Assembly: GCA_947625045.1 (NCBI GenBank)
Contig: CANQMW010000015.1
Span: 1,429-65,428 of the forward strand
Origin: an uncultured Oscillospiraceae bacterium
GTDB taxonomy: Bacteria; Bacillota; Clostridia; Oscillospirales; Oscillospiraceae
Direction: 5' to 3'
Length of the DNA: 64,000 nucleotides
Positions 19,430-27,221 of the stretch are shown here, piece by piece; the first letter of the stretch is position 1, and each line of letters begins with the position of its first letter. Position numbers and translations under genes: made by a program. Under the pieces are notes generated by a model. It saw only the letters and a program-made list of their open reading frames with translations, did not search any database and was not told the origin of the DNA.

Positions 19430-20020
19430 TCAGCACCACTTGCAGATGTTGTACGCCTTGGTGCATACGGCATCCATAATAATGCCGTCTCTCTGCAGCT
19501 GCTGTTTATAGTCCTCCAGTTTCTCCTGCTGACCTTCCAACTCCGGCGACACCATGCACAGCTTATATCCCATGCTTTTCAGTTCCCGGTATATATCGCC
19601 CGTGATCGGAAGGTATGTAAGGCAGTCCACCCACACCCAATCGACGCGTCCAGCCATGTTACGGATGGTATCCAGGCCCTCCAGCTCGGAGAACCTGAGC
19701 GCTATGTTCCTCTCGCCCATATCGGACAGCAGCTTTATCATCGGGAAGCTGCTGTCCAGAAAGAAATACTTTGTAACGCTGTACTTTTTCAGCAGCTCCA
19801 GCGCCCGGTGTTCGATGCGCTCGCTCTTGATATTCAGTATCATTGTTCCGTGATGATACTCTTTCAGATACTCCTCAAAATCTTCTCCAGGCTCGAAGGG
19901 GTTATGAGAGATATATATTCGCCCATTCAGATCGTCCCGCAGGTCCAGTTCCACGCCGTATCGGGCATCCAGCATCCTCAGTTCTTCGACTGTATTTATC
20001 CTGTGCGCGATATACTCCAT
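19430..20020 (-). CDS. GDPD/PI-PLC-like phosphodiesterase domain protein
   Basis: Start MEYIAHRINTVEEL at 20020 shares one nt with the upstream stop (TGATG). HRINT...GVELDLRD resembles the glycerophosphodiester phosphodiesterase active-site region. Confidence 0.6.
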   Translation of the reverse strand: MEYIAHRINTVEELRMLDARYGVELDLRDDLNGRIYISHNPFEPGEDFEEYLKEYHHGTMILNIKSERIEHRALELLKKYSVTKYFFLDSSFPMIKLLSDMGERNIALRFSELEGLDTIRNMAGRVDWVWVDCLTYLPITGDIYRELKSMGYKLCMVSPELEGQQEKLEDYKQQLQRDGIIMDAVCTKAYNICKWC

Positions 20021-20724
20021 CACTCGATCCCCGCTTTTTTCATATTTCTGCTGAATGACAGCGTCCTCTTGATGAACTTCCACTTGGACTTGAGCCCCGT
20101 GTTCCAGTGGGAGCTGCCGTAAAGACGCGGCGGGAAGCGCACGTCGAACCGGATCACGTCCAGCCCCTTTACCTTGGCCATATACAGCACGTACAGGTCC
20201 AGCGCGAAATCATAGGGCGGGTTCTTCCAGCTGTCAAAAAACGCCTTGGAGAAGATATTGGGCTGTGCGTTCACGTCATACAGCCGCTTTCCCAGATAAA
20301 TCGTCTCAAAAACGCCCATGCCGAACGTGAAGAACTCATCCCCCAGACCCCGGCCCTTCCGGTTTCCTTTCACATAGGTATTTGCGTCCCAGTGCCGCTC
20401 CTCCAGGATGTGGTACGCCTTGACCACATCCCCGGGGTCCGTCTGCATATCCGCGTGGGTCCAGCCGATGAAATCGCCCTTTGCCGCTTTCAATCCTTGC
20501 AATATCCCGTAGCCATACCCCTGATTGACCGGCACGAGCACTGTCCGGGCAAAGGGGTATCGGGGCAAAAGCTCTTCCAGCACGGCGGCGCTCCCATCCG
20601 TAGAGCCGTTGTTGACCAGCACCACTTCCATGTCCTCACCGGCGATGCAGGCCTGGAACTTCTCCAAGATCAGCGGTATGTTCTTCTCCTCGTTATAGCA
20701 AGGGATAACGATCGACATCTTCAT
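20020..20724 (-). CDS. GT2 family glycosyltransferase (polyprenol-phosphate sugar synthase, CsbB/GtrB-like)
   Basis: Start MKMSIVIPCYNEEKNI, with RBS GAAGGGAGAA. NNGSTDGS and HADMQTD motifs are present. The gene follows a GtrA gene. Confidence 0.8.
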   Translation of the reverse strand: MKMSIVIPCYNEEKNIPLILEKFQACIAGEDMEVVLVNNGSTDGSAAVLEELLPRYPFARTVLVPVNQGYGYGILQGLKAAKGDFIGWTHADMQTDPGDVVKAYHILEERHWDANTYVKGNRKGRGLGDEFFTFGMGVFETIYLGKRLYDVNAQPNIFSKAFFDSWKNPPYDFALDLYVLYMAKVKGLDVIRFDVRFPPRLYGSSHWNTGLKSKWKFIKRTLSFSRNMKKAGIE

Positions 20725-20738
20725 AGTTCGTTCTCCCT

Positions 20739-21122
20739 TCACTTTCTGAATACAAAGTATTTCTGGCCCAGGAAATTCAATACCGTGCTCACGCCTGTGG
20801 CGCACAGGAACGCCAGCATCTCCATGGCCGTGATCTTCAGCACCAGCCGGTTCACAGCCGCATTGATGACCGCCGTGCATGCGTACAGGATCACATATCG
20901 CAGCACCTCGCCTTTGGAGAATTTGGCGCTCTCAAAGGTCCAGAGCTTATTGATGATGAAGCCCACCGCCGCGCCGCAGATGAAGGAGATGGCCTTGGAT
21001 ATGTCCTGGCTCAGCCCTGTCAGCATCAGCAGCTGATAGACGATATAGTCCACCACGACCGCGCTGCCGCCGCCAAAGAGGAACCGTATCAGTTCCTTCT
21101 TTTTGATCTTAGTGAATCTCAT
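20739..21122 (-). CDS. GtrA family membrane protein (lipid-linked sugar flippase-like)
   Basis: 127 aa, 4 TM. FLFGGGSAVVVDYIVYQLL is a typical GtrA N-terminus. Confidence 0.8.
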   Translation of the reverse strand: MRFTKIKKKELIRFLFGGGSAVVVDYIVYQLLMLTGLSQDISKAISFICGAAVGFIINKLWTFESAKFSKGEVLRYVILYACTAVINAAVNRLVLKITAMEMLAFLCATGVSTVLNFLGQKYFVFRK

Positions 21123-21789
21123 CCAGTATCCTCCTCACATCCCGCAGAGACGCCGCCGTCATGTGTGCGCCGTCATCTTCACCCTGGAACCAAACTGCGT
21201 GCATGCCCATCCGCTCCGGCCCCAGCACGTCCTTTTCCAGGCTGTCACCGATGAATACCGCTTCCTCCGGCTGAACGCGCAGTTTTTCCAGTATCATTTC
21301 GTAGATCGCCCTGCCCGGTTTCTCCACGCCGGCCTCCTCGCTGGTCACGAGCGCATCCACGAAGTCTGACAGTCCCAGCACCCTGAGCTTTCGGTGCTGG
21401 ATGTGAGTGGTCAAGTCGGTACAGATACCTATCCTCAGCCCCTGCTCCCGGCAGTACCCCAGCAGCTCTTCGGTGCCATCCCGCAGGCGCATATGTTCCA
21501 GCATATAGCCCCAGTATGTCTCGTACATATCCAGTGCCAGGCCCGCCGGCGGCTGGCCCAGATATTCCAGCGTTTTCTGGCAATACAGCAGCCGGTTGTG
21601 GCTGGCCCCCGTATGGCCGAGAACGCGCTTCGTCTCCCCGCGGCCCCGGTCAAAGGCCTCCCGGAACTGCCGCTGTGTGACACCCAGCTTTTCACAAACG
21701 AAGGCGCACAGTTTCTCTATGGCCGCCCGGTTCAGCCTCTCATATTCGTACAGGGTGTCGTCCAGATCGAAAATGACCGCCCGCAGCAT
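21109..21789 (-). CDS. HAD family hydrolase
   Basis: MLRAVIFDLDDTLY (motif I) and GDSLEKDV (motif IV). Confidence 0.75.
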   Translation of the reverse strand: MLRAVIFDLDDTLYEYERLNRAAIEKLCAFVCEKLGVTQRQFREAFDRGRGETKRVLGHTGASHNRLLYCQKTLEYLGQPPAGLALDMYETYWGYMLEHMRLRDGTEELLGYCREQGLRIGICTDLTTHIQHRKLRVLGLSDFVDALVTSEEAGVEKPGRAIYEMILEKLRVQPEEAVFIGDSLEKDVLGPERMGMHAVWFQGEDDGAHMTAASLRDVRRILDEIH

Positions 21790-21793
21790 CTTA

Positions 21794-23893
21794 TCAGCCC
21801 TCTTTCAGCTTCTGTCCCACCATCATCAGCAGCACGATCGCCATGATACCGTGAAGGGCATCGTTGGCCTGCAGAGGTCTGCTGATAAGTTCGTCCAGCC
21901 GCGGGATCGTCTCATAGGCGATCTGGGATATGGGGAGCCTCTTGCTCTCCAGGTCCTCTCCCTCAACAATAATGGACTGCTTCGTCAGGCTCTCGTCATA
22001 TTCGTACTGCACAGATATGCCATAGCGGGTCAGCTTCTGCATCAAGGGCTCCAGGTCCACGGAAAGGTCGATCGTCGCCTTCAGTCCCAGTTTTACCTCG
22101 TGCTCCTGGTCCATAGGGTCCATAAGTCCCCGGTCAAAATAGGAGAACACGACGTCGGCGTACTTTTTCTGCGGATAGATGTACTTTTCCGCGTCGCCAA
22201 GCCGACCCATGATCTGGTCCATGATCGCGGTCATGTCATAGCCTCTTTTTGCTGTATCCCGTTGGATCTTCCAATACCGCCGCAGCGTCTCGTCCACATC
22301 CATATAGATCTTCAGGTCCAGGTTATGGCGCACCTGTGGCAGGTACAGCGCGTGCAGTCCACACAGTAAAAGATACGGCTTTGGCCTTATCCTCTGCTCC
22401 GCCGTGAACCTTCCTGTGTCATGGTCATACTCCGTCCGGACCACGCTCTCGTTGTTCTTCAGCTGGGCCAGGTCCCGGGCCTGCCGGTAGAGGTAATTCG
22501 ACTTCGGGTCCAGATGGGAGACCTGCTCCCACATCGCGTTGCCCCGCTCCCACCGGTGGTCGCCGTCTCCCTCGACGACAAGCACCTTCTTTTCGCCGAA
22601 TATCTGCTTTATGAGATCTGTGAACGTGCTCTTTCCGCTGCCGCTGTCCCCCGCCACGCCGATGGCGAAGGGCATGTTCCGCCTCTTATAAAACGAATTG
22701 CTGGCCACGCCGGACTGGTACATCATATAGATGCAGTAAACCAGTACCGCGGTCATCATTGTGAACAGCCCGTTGATGACGAACGAAGAGTCTGTCTTCA
22801 GCCACATCAGGCTGTCTTCCAGGAAGTAGAGGTCCACATATTCCGTGCGGTGGGCGACAAGGAAATACAGCAGATACAGCCCGTTCAGCGCGGCGAATAT
22901 CACCACGTCACAGTACCGGTCGCTGGTCATATCGATAAAGTAGATCGTGATGAACGGGACGATCCACACATACCAGCCGGGCATGGGCGGTATCAGCACC
23001 AAAAAGACCGCGAATAGGATCCCACATAGGCTGTAAAGCAGGTCCTTGTTCAGCCGGCTGATCGTAAACGTCTTCATGTACACCAGCGCCAGGGCCAGGA
23101 TGGGAATGTAGATCTTTATGTCCAGATAGTCCATCGTGATCTTCGTCAGGACAGACTGCTCATTGTTGAGAAGGACGTTCTGACGGAATCCCTCTCCCCA
23201 GAACGGGACCACGCACAGGACTACCGCCGCCACGGGTATGGCCGTCTCCACGACAGCCTTCGTCCACCCCTCCCGTTTCGCGATGTAGACGAGCAGGATG
23301 GGCAGCACCGCGAATATATGGAACTTGCTGGCCAGCGCCAGGGCCAGGAGCAGCATGTATTTTACAGTCTTATTCTGTCTGGCGTCCGTCAGGCAGGCGA
23401 TCGCCCCCAGCAGCAGCGTGGTCGGGATGATATCCAGCTGCCCGTGCATGTAGGTGGAATAGACGATGATGGGCGAGGCAAAGTACAGCAACGCCACATA
23501 CCGCCTCTTCCGCGGGAACATCACCATAAGATAGTGCATCCCCAGGCAGTCGAAAAACAGGCTGGGCAGCTTGAACAGCACGTTCCGCAGGAAGATGGAC
23601 CCCCCCCCGAGCCCGGAAAGCGCCCCTCCCACGCATTCCACCGCCAGCATCACCGGCGGATAGGGAAACAGGCCCGGCTCCGCCTTGAAGAACTCATAGG
23701 GGTTTATCCAGTTCCCCCGCCGGACCTCATCCAGAAAACCGTTGACGAACCGCATGAACATGGCGTTCTGGTAGTCCGAGGAAAACAGGCCCATGAGCAC
23801 GATCTTGACCGCAAATACCGCCGCGATAAAAATATGAAATTTATGTATGGAACGTCTTCCGCCGCGCAGGATATCCATCAGCTCATCTGGCAC
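21794..23893 (-). CDS. Fusion: polytopic GT-C-like membrane domain plus C-terminal uridine kinase/phosphoribulokinase-family P-loop domain
   Basis: About 400 aa with at least 10 TM segments, followed by IGVAGDSGSGKST (Walker A) and a PRK/UDK-like body. An alternative start at 23878 abuts the upstream stop. Confidence 0.65.
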   Translation of the reverse strand: MPDELMDILRGGRRSIHKFHIFIAAVFAVKIVLMGLFSSDYQNAMFMRFVNGFLDEVRRGNWINPYEFFKAEPGLFPYPPVMLAVECVGGALSGLGGGSIFLRNVLFKLPSLFFDCLGMHYLMVMFPRKRRYVALLYFASPIIVYSTYMHGQLDIIPTTLLLGAIACLTDARQNKTVKYMLLLALALASKFHIFAVLPILLVYIAKREGWTKAVVETAIPVAAVVLCVVPFWGEGFRQNVLLNNEQSVLTKITMDYLDIKIYIPILALALVYMKTFTISRLNKDLLYSLCGILFAVFLVLIPPMPGWYVWIVPFITIYFIDMTSDRYCDVVIFAALNGLYLLYFLVAHRTEYVDLYFLEDSLMWLKTDSSFVINGLFTMMTAVLVYCIYMMYQSGVASNSFYKRRNMPFAIGVAGDSGSGKSTFTDLIKQIFGEKKVLVVEGDGDHRWERGNAMWEQVSHLDPKSNYLYRQARDLAQLKNNESVVRTEYDHDTGRFTAEQRIRPKPYLLLCGLHALYLPQVRHNLDLKIYMDVDETLRRYWKIQRDTAKRGYDMTAIMDQIMGRLGDAEKYIYPQKKYADVVFSYFDRGLMDPMDQEHEVKLGLKATIDLSVDLEPLMQKLTRYGISVQYEYDESLTKQSIIVEGEDLESKRLPISQIAYETIPRLDELISRPLQANDALHGIMAIVLLMMVGQKLKEG

Positions 23894-24684
23894 CTTTCAT
23901 CCCGGACGAATCTCTCCCAGTATCGGATCGTCTTCATGTAATCTTCGTAGTCCCTGGGCGTGCCCCAGCCGATATAGCGCTCTATCTCGAACACCTTTGC
24001 CCTATAACCCAGCCGGAGCACGTGCTTTATCACTTCATCCACATAAAACTCGCCGTTGACCCGGTCATTCTCCCGGATCATCTTCTCTGCCGCCTCCACG
24101 AAGATGCGGCCTTTTTTGAACCAGAACGTGGCCACCACCGCGTGGTCATGGACCGGGTCGTCCGATATGGCCTTTTTGATGGACATGCCCGTGATATTTT
24201 CTTCGCTGTCCACGATCATCCATCCGTAGGCGTTGGGGTTCGCCAGGACGGCCTCGTTGTTCCGGTAGGTGAACACCAGGCAGTCCGCCTCCTGCGTACT
24301 CCGCTCGAACCGCTCCCGGTCGAACGCCATCCCGTTATCGCACCCCGCGATCAGAAGGGCTTCGTCGTTATCGATCCTCTCCTTCGCCAGCAGGCAGGTA
24401 CAGGCCTGTCCCTCCGTCAGGTGGTCCACGGTGATGAAGCCGGCGCCGGGGAATTTCTCCCGGATGGCCTCCTCCACCCCGTCCCGCCTGTGAAAGTCCC
24501 GGTCCACAAAGATCACGTTGCTCCCGTCCGGCTCCACACCGGGCAGATCCAGCGCGGCGCACACCACCATCGGCAGCGTCTCGCCCGTGCCGCGGTATAT
24601 GGTCGGTATCGCGGGCTTGGGCGTGGTATATCCCTCGTCCTGGAAACGCTGACCGGCGCCCGCCATCGGTATAAGTATGTTCAT
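23878..24684 (-). CDS. Nucleotidyltransferase-fold (GT-A-like) sugar-phosphate nucleotidyltransferase family protein
   Basis: MNILIPMAGAGQRF...PKP is the G-rich NTP-binding loop. ATGA overlap with the upstream gene. Confidence 0.65.
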   Translation of the reverse strand: MNILIPMAGAGQRFQDEGYTTPKPAIPTIYRGTGETLPMVVCAALDLPGVEPDGSNVIFVDRDFHRRDGVEEAIREKFPGAGFITVDHLTEGQACTCLLAKERIDNDEALLIAGCDNGMAFDRERFERSTQEADCLVFTYRNNEAVLANPNAYGWMIVDSEENITGMSIKKAISDDPVHDHAVVATFWFKKGRIFVEAAEKMIRENDRVNGEFYVDEVIKHVLRLGYRAKVFEIERYIGWGTPRDYEDYMKTIRYWERFVRDERCQMS

Positions 24685-25463
24685 TTCCCCTCATACCTCC
24701 TGACCGATTCCGTCCAAAACAGGTATTCCTCCAGGTCCTCCGGTGTGCCCCACTGGCAGAACTGCTCCGCGTTGGTCGGCACCCATACCTTCAGGCCGTC
24801 CCGCACCATGAAGTTATAAGGAAGGCTCGCGTAATACTCGCCCTTCAACGTCTCCCCGCTGTCCACCAGCGCCTGACAGTATTTTTTCAGCAGCGCGCCG
24901 GTCTTGAAATAGTACACGCCAGGGGAATGTCTGCCCCTCATCTTGTCCTTCTCGAAGGAGAACTTCTCCCGTATCTCGATGAGGTCGTCGTTCTCATCCG
25001 TCAGGCAGGAGGCATACAGATTCTTCTCCGGCAGCAGGTGGGGATGGAACCCCGTATAGCAGGGCACGCAGCCCTCGCAGCCCCGGGCGATGACGTCCCT
25101 TTTGAACGCCTCCCAATCCCAGTACATGAAGAAGTCGCAGTAATTGATGATGCAGGGCTCGTCGTCCGGTATGCGCTCCGCCGCCCGGAGCACATCATAG
25201 ACCGGGCCTTTCTTCACCCAGTCGCCGATGGCGAATATCTCCGCCGTGGGCGCGATGGCCATGAGCCGCTCCCGCATGTCCGGTATCGTGTCCAGATGCT
25301 CGCCCCGGCAGACGAAGAGGATATCCTTCTCCCCGGGATACATGCCGTCCACGATCCACTGGATGATGGGTTTTCCCTGGACCCGGATAAAGGGTTTCAG
25401 CTCCTTATACCCGGCCGCCACGAACCGGGAGCCATAGCCCGTCATGGGTATGATGATCTTCAT
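24681..25463 (-). CDS. Sugar/alditol-phosphate nucleotidyltransferase family protein
   Basis: MKIIIPMTGYGSRF...LKPFI is the signature loop. RBS AGGAGA. Confidence 0.65.
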   Translation of the reverse strand: MKIIIPMTGYGSRFVAAGYKELKPFIRVQGKPIIQWIVDGMYPGEKDILFVCRGEHLDTIPDMRERLMAIAPTAEIFAIGDWVKKGPVYDVLRAAERIPDDEPCIINYCDFFMYWDWEAFKRDVIARGCEGCVPCYTGFHPHLLPEKNLYASCLTDENDDLIEIREKFSFEKDKMRGRHSPGVYYFKTGALLKKYCQALVDSGETLKGEYYASLPYNFMVRDGLKVWVPTNAEQFCQWGTPEDLEEYLFWTESVRRYEGK

Positions 25464-25472
25464 AGCCGTCTC

Positions 25473-26555
25473 CTACTGTATATTTCTTCTGTACTTTTCC
25501 GCGTCCCAGTTCAGGAGGAACCCTTGCTCCTGCTCCGTGAGCCTGTCCATGGCATGGCCGCCGTTGCATGCGGCGATGCGGGCGCTGAACGCCAGCACGC
25601 TCTCGATCTCCCGGGCCTTTTTCACGCTGTCCGCCCGGATGAACAGGTCGTCTCCGCTTTGGATAATGACCGGCTCCCCATAGGCGCTCAGAAAGCTGTC
25701 CAGCCGCTCTTCCAGTCCCTCCGGCCCCTCGTAGCAAAACGCCTTCATGCCGCAGAACACGACGCAGTCCGGGCACACCTGATGGTCCCACAGGGAGTGC
25801 CCGAGGCGTTCATAGGTATCCAGAACGGTCCTGTTTTCCGCCTTTACGATGATCTTTCCATCGTCCAGGCCGCAGGCGCCCATGGCCGCGTATATCTCAT
25901 ACGCCTTCCGATAGGCGCCGCAGTCCATGCCGATATACCGCTCCACGGTCCGGCATACCCGCTCCGTCTCTTCGATGACCTGCGCCGCGGTATCGCCGCT
26001 GACCACGAGCCCGTGGTTTTTCAGGAAGATCACCGGGAAGCCCGCCTCGGACATGCGCGCGCTCTTTTCGTGCAGATATGTACTGTGATACAGCCGCGCC
26101 AGGTCCAGCCCGGGCGTGGCATAGCCCACCGTCAGCGCCTCCGGGAACAGCTTTTGCAGCTTGTCCATCCCCCCGGCCCGCGCCGCCAGCACGTTGACCG
26201 CCACGGGATGGGTATGCAGCGTCACCCGCCCGGTGATGGCGTGCAGGAACGTCTCGATGGACGGCCGCTTTCCCTCCAGCAGCGCCTTTTCCAATATCTC
26301 GCCGGCGGTATACCGGTCCGGGTCCTCCAGCAGCTCGTCCATATACTGCCCTATCCGTGTGTAGTCCGCCACGGAATACCCCGCCGTCTCCGTCACGTCC
26401 GCCATCTGTATGCCGGAGGCCTTGATGAACATACGTCCCCCGTCCGCTTTTACAGAGCTGTTGCCTCCGCCGGCCTGGACCAGGTCCTCCCGCATCCCGG
26501 CGTATTTTGATATCTCCTTTAATTCTCTTCGGGCGCCGCCGCAGCAGTCCGCCAT
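25473..26555 (-). CDS. Class II aldolase/adducin-domain protein
   Basis: GGGNSSVK near the N-terminus and FLKNHGLVVSGDT resemble the aldolase domain of bifunctional rhamnulose-1-P aldolase-type proteins. The start is uncertain. Confidence 0.6.
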   Translation of the reverse strand: MADCCGGARRELKEISKYAGMREDLVQAGGGNSSVKADGGRMFIKASGIQMADVTETAGYSVADYTRIGQYMDELLEDPDRYTAGEILEKALLEGKRPSIETFLHAITGRVTLHTHPVAVNVLAARAGGMDKLQKLFPEALTVGYATPGLDLARLYHSTYLHEKSARMSEAGFPVIFLKNHGLVVSGDTAAQVIEETERVCRTVERYIGMDCGAYRKAYEIYAAMGACGLDDGKIIVKAENRTVLDTYERLGHSLWDHQVCPDCVVFCGMKAFCYEGPEGLEERLDSFLSAYGEPVIIQSGDDLFIRADSVKKAREIESVLAFSARIAACNGGHAMDRLTEQEQGFLLNWDAEKYRRNIQ

Positions 26556-26594
26556 CCATGAACACCTGCCTTGCTATAATGTCGTATCGCTTTC

Positions 26595-27143
26595 TCACCC
26601 GCCGGTATTGTTTTGGATCTCCTCTTTCATCTCGTTATACGTCTCCATAGAGCCCGTCAGATCGCCCAGCGGCTTTAATGTGTAATACATCAGCTTCGCC
26701 TTAAACGAGGGCGACAGGCTTCCGTCGTCGTTCACCGTCAAAAAGCCGGTTTCCGTCGCATCGTGTATCCTCTTTTCAAAGATGCTCCTTGAGAACGCCT
26801 CTTCGATATCATCGACATTGACCTTCCCCTCCTCCACGGCATAAAAAGCGATATGATAGGAGATGCTTCTGTCGATAAAGGTCGGGCCAAACACCGACAG
26901 GCCGATGACCCCGAAAAGATACACGACGCCCATGACAAAAACGGTGAACCTGTCGTACAGCCCGCGTGTCACCTTGGCGAGCAGCAGGCAAACAGCCGCC
27001 GCGACGATCAGCCCGATCACCAGAGACGCAAAGAAAACGATCGGATCCTCTGAAACGCGGGTATATATCCCGATACCCAAACAATAGAGCACGATCACAG
27101 CGATCCCGCCCAGGACAAATCCGCCTGCTTTTTTCATGTTCAT
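26595..27143 (-). CDS. Hypothetical membrane protein (4 TM plus a soluble tail)
   Basis: 182 aa, RBS GGAAGGGAGA. No family recognised. Confidence 0.55.
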   Translation of the reverse strand: MNMKKAGGFVLGGIAVIVLYCLGIGIYTRVSEDPIVFFASLVIGLIVAAAVCLLLAKVTRGLYDRFTVFVMGVVYLFGVIGLSVFGPTFIDRSISYHIAFYAVEEGKVNVDDIEEAFSRSIFEKRIHDATETGFLTVNDDGSLSPSFKAKLMYYTLKPLGDLTGSMETYNEMKEEIQNNTGG

Positions 27144-27221
27144 TCTCCCTTCCTCATCTTGGTTTGCCGCATCCCGCAGCCCCGCTTATTGAATTCTTGC
27201 CGAGGGGCAGCCGGGGCTTGT

